DNA of 64,000 nucleotides from Escherichia coli (GTDB lineage Bacteria; Pseudomonadota; Gammaproteobacteria; Enterobacterales; Enterobacteriaceae): NCBI RefSeq assembly GCF_016026235.1, contig NZ_CP065613.1; one strand, 5' to 3'. Shown piece by piece: positions 60,983 to 64,000 of this stretch (position 1 is its first letter; each line of letters starts with the position of its first letter). The notes under the pieces were generated by a model. It saw only the letters and a program-made list of their open reading frames with translations, ran no database searches and was not told where the DNA came from. The position numbers and the translations under genes were made by a program.

Positions 60983-60991
60983 TCGACATGG
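60983..60991. repeat. IS1 target-site duplication, right copy (tcgacatgg)
   Basis: Identical to 60206-60214. Confidence 0.9.
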
Positions 60992-60993
60992 TT

Positions 60994-61018
60994 GGCCATC
61001 GTATGATGGCCTTTTTTG
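60994..61018 (+). terminator. Intrinsic terminator (original sucD / SdhX terminator, now downstream of IS1)
   Basis: ggccatc-gtat-gatggcc hairpin followed by TTTTTT. Confidence 0.8.
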
Positions 61019-61021
61019 TGC

Positions 61022-61744
61022 TTATCGCGATGATTTTCGCTGCGCTATCAGGGTAAATTTATAGTCATCGGTATTAAAAGCGTTGCGGCTATATTCAAAC
61101 ACCCGACCATCAACTAAATATCCACGCGATACTTTTTCAAGAATCGGCTTTGTCTGGCTGATATTAAGCAGACGGCTCATCTCTTCGGTTGGCATCAGAG
61201 GAATGATTTCCTGTTCGCTACGATCGATAACCATCTTCTTCACTTCTTCAATAAAGTGATATTTCGAATTTTCCATGACCTGCCAGGTGAGATCCGGGAA
61301 CAACGCAAGCGGCATCCAGGTTTCTTCCAGCGCCATTGGCTTTTGCTTGCGATAGCGCACGCGCTTCACATGCCACACACGATCCTGCGCGGTGATTTGT
61401 AGCTGTTGCTGAAGAAAATCGTCAGCCGGAATCACTTCAAATATCAGGACTTCACTGTGTGTATCGACGTGACGGTCCGACAGTTTTTCATCAAAACTGG
61501 TTAACTGAAAAATATCGTAATTGACCCGCTCTTCTTTGACGTAAGTCCCGCTGCCCTGAATGCTTTCGAGGATCTGTTGCTCGACTAACTGGCGCAAAGC
61601 CTGACGCACCGTAACCCGGCTGACGCCAAACTCTGTTTGTAATGCCGATTCGGTAGGTAACGCATCGCCAGGTTTAAGCTCGCCACGCGCAATTTGTTCA
61701 CGAATGCGATCGGCAATCTGCCGGTATAAGGGCTTGTGTCCCAT
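61022..61744 (-). CDS. mngR: GntR/HutC-family transcriptional repressor MngR (FarR), 240 aa
   Basis: ORF MGHKPLYRQIADRIREQIARGELKPGDALPTESALQTEFGVSRVTVRQAL (GntR HTH) plus UTRA effector domain. Confidence 0.93.
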   Translation of the reverse strand: MGHKPLYRQIADRIREQIARGELKPGDALPTESALQTEFGVSRVTVRQALRQLVEQQILESIQGSGTYVKEERVNYDIFQLTSFDEKLSDRHVDTHSEVLIFEVIPADDFLQQQLQITAQDRVWHVKRVRYRKQKPMALEETWMPLALFPDLTWQVMENSKYHFIEEVKKMVIDRSEQEIIPLMPTEEMSRLLNISQTKPILEKVSRGYLVDGRVFEYSRNAFNTDDYKFTLIAQRKSSR

Positions 61745-61852
61745 TTTTAGTATCTCATTAATACGAATTTAGCCATTATGCCCGATAAATTCATCCTGTA
61801 AATAATACAAATACAATACAAATAATTTCAATCAAGTGAAATTGATCACATA

Positions 61853-63829
61853 ATGGTATTGTTTTATCGGGCACACTGGCGCGACTATAAAAACGATCAA
61901 GTGAGGATCATGATGAATCTGACGACTCTGACCCACCGCGATGCGTTGTGTCTGAATGCGCGCTTTACCAGCCGTGAAGAGGCCATCCACGCGTTGACTC
62001 AACGTCTTGCTGCTCTGGGGAAAATTTCCAGTACTGAGCAATTTCTGGAAGAAGTGTATCGCCGTGAAAGCCTTGGCCCGACCGCCTTAGGTGAAGGGTT
62101 GGCTGTGCCGCATGGCAAAACTGCTGCGGTAAAAGAAGCGGCGTTTGCGGTCGCCACACTCAGCGAGCCGCTTCAGTGGGAAGGCGTGGATGGCCCGGAA
62201 GCGGTTGATTTAGTGGTGTTGCTGGCGATTCCCCCCAATGAAGCGGGTACTACGCACATGCAACTGCTGACAGCGCTGACCACGCGCCTGGCTGATGATG
62301 AGATCAGGGCGCGTATACAGTCGGCGACGACGCCTGATGAATTGCTCTCGGCGCTGGATGACAAGGGAGGCTCGCAACCTTCTGCCTCTTTTTCCAACGC
62401 GCCAACTATCGTTTGCGTAACGGCCTGTCCGGCGGGTATTGCTCACACCTATATGGCTGCGGAATATCTGGAAAAAGCCGGACGCAAACTCGGCGTAAAT
62501 GTTTACGTTGAAAAACAAGGTGCTAACGGCATTGAAGGGCGTTTAACGGCGGATCAACTCAATAGTGCAACCGCCTGTATTTTTGCGGCTGAAGTCGCCA
62601 TCAAGGAGAGTGAGCGTTTTAATGGCATTCCCGCGCTTTCAGTGCCTGTTGCCGAGCCGATTCGCCATGCAGAAGCGTTGATCCAACAAGCGCTTACCCT
62701 CAAGCGTAGCGATGAGACGCGTACCGTACAGCAAGATACGCAACCGGTGAAAAGTGTCAAAACGGAGCTGAAACAGGCACTGTTGAGCGGAATCTCTTTT
62801 GCCGTACCGTTGATTGTCGCGGGGGGCACGGTGCTGGCGGTTGCAGTATTACTGTCGCAAATCTTCGGGCTACAAGATTTGTTTAATGAAGAAAACTCCT
62901 GGCTGTGGATGTACCGCAAACTGGGCGGCGGGATGCTCGGGATTTTGATGGTGCCGGTGCTCGCGGCCTATACCGCCTATTCACTGGGTGATAAACCGGC
63001 GTTAGCGCCAGGCTTTGCGGCTGGACTTGCCGCCAACATGATCGGTTCCGGGTTTCTCGGCGCGGTCGTTGGCGGATTGATAGCCGGTTACTTGATGCGC
63101 TGGGTGAAAAATCACTTGCGTCTTAGCAGTAAATTCAATGGCTTCCTGACTTTTTATCTCTACCCGGTGCTCGGTACATTGGGAGCGGGCAGTCTGATGC
63201 TGTTTGTGGTGGGGGAACCTGTCGCCTGGATCAATAACTCGCTTACCGCCTGGCTGAACGGTCTGTCAGGAAGTAACGCGCTGTTGCTGGGTGCCATTCT
63301 CGGTTTTATGTGTTCCTTTGACCTTGGAGGGCCAGTGAATAAAGCCGCTTATGCATTCTGCCTGGGCGCAATGGCGAACGGCGTTTACGGCCCGTATGCC
63401 ATTTTCGCCTCCGTCAAAATGGTTTCGGCATTTACCGTAACCGCTTCCACGATGCTCGCACCGCGCCTGTTTAAAGAGTTTGAAATTGAGACCGGGAAAT
63501 CCACCTGGCTGTTAGGGCTGGCAGGTATTACCGAAGGGGCGATCCCGATGGCGATTGAAGATCCGCTGCGGGTTATTGGTTCGTTTGTGCTGGGCTCTAT
63601 GGTAACGGGCGCTATTGTCGGTGCGATGAATATCGGCCTTTCGACACCCGGTGCCGGCATTTTCTCGCTCTTTTTACTTCATGATAATGGCGCGGGCGGT
63701 GTTATGGCGGCAATTGGCTGGTTTGGCGCGGCATTGGTGGGGGCTGCAATCTCGACTGCAATTCTCCTGATGTGGCGGCGTCACGCGGTTAAGCATGGCA
63801 ACTATCTGACTGATGGCGTAATGCCATAA
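61853..63829 (+). CDS. mngA: PTS 2-O-alpha-mannosyl-D-glycerate-specific EIIABC component MngA, 658 aa
   Basis: N-terminal EIIA (fructose-type) domain, EIIB cysteine motif [19 protein letters not shown]-terminal EIIC membrane domain; start codon as in ORF table. Confidence 0.9.
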
Positions 63830-63846
63830 ACAAAAAGGAAACGACG

Positions 63847-64000
63847 ATGAAAGCAGTATCTCGCGTTCACATCACCCCGCATATGCACTGGGATCGGGAG
63901 TGGTATTTCACCACCGAAGAGTCACGCATTCTGCTGGTCAATAATATGGAAGAGATCCTGTGCCGACTGGAACAGGACAACGAATACAAATATTACGTAC
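63847..64000 (+). CDS. mngB: Alpha-mannosidase MngB, 5' end only (continues beyond window)
   Basis: ATG at 63847; [37 protein letters not shown] (glycoside hydrolase family 38 N-terminus); open to the window end. Confidence 0.85.

Overview
This window is a contiguous stretch of an Escherichia coli-type chromosome, recognised from protein and tRNA sequence recalled from memory (no database search was possible). I find no evidence of a novel or undescribed biological system: every substantial ORF is accounted for by a well-known housekeeping, transport or regulatory gene. Gene order, low to high coordinate: lnt (partial) - corC - ybeY - ybeZ - miaB (all minus) | ubiF | seven-tRNA operon glnX-glnV-metU-glnW-glnU-leuW-metT (minus) | asnB | umpH-nagC-nagA-nagB (minus) and divergent nagE | glnS | chiP-chiQ | fur-uof-fldA (minus) | ybfE, ybfF | seqA-pgm | kdpE-kdpD-kdpC-kdpB-kdpA-kdpF (minus) | ybfA | ybgA-phr | dtpD | ybgI-pxpB-pxpC-pxpA | nei | abrB | cryptic fimbrial operon ybgO-ybgP-ybgQ-ybgD (minus) | gltA | sdhCDAB-sucABCD | IS1 | mngR | mngA-mngB (partial). 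The points worth a second look are strain-level differences from the K-12 reference as I remember it: (1) an IS1F-like IS1 copy with a perfect 9-bp target-site duplication inserted in the sucD 3'UTR, where the SdhX sRNA lies in K-12; (2) an in-frame amber stop splitting the ybgQ fimbrial usher; (3) compact pgm-kdpE and ybfA-ybgA junctions where K-12 carries speF-potE and the RhsC element. Eight REP/BIME clusters, several intrinsic terminators and a few regulatory sites are also annotated. CDS coordinates include the stop codon; several starts were moved to internal codons of the supplied ORFs to match expected protein N-termini. Numerous long antisense ORFs are rejected as artefacts.
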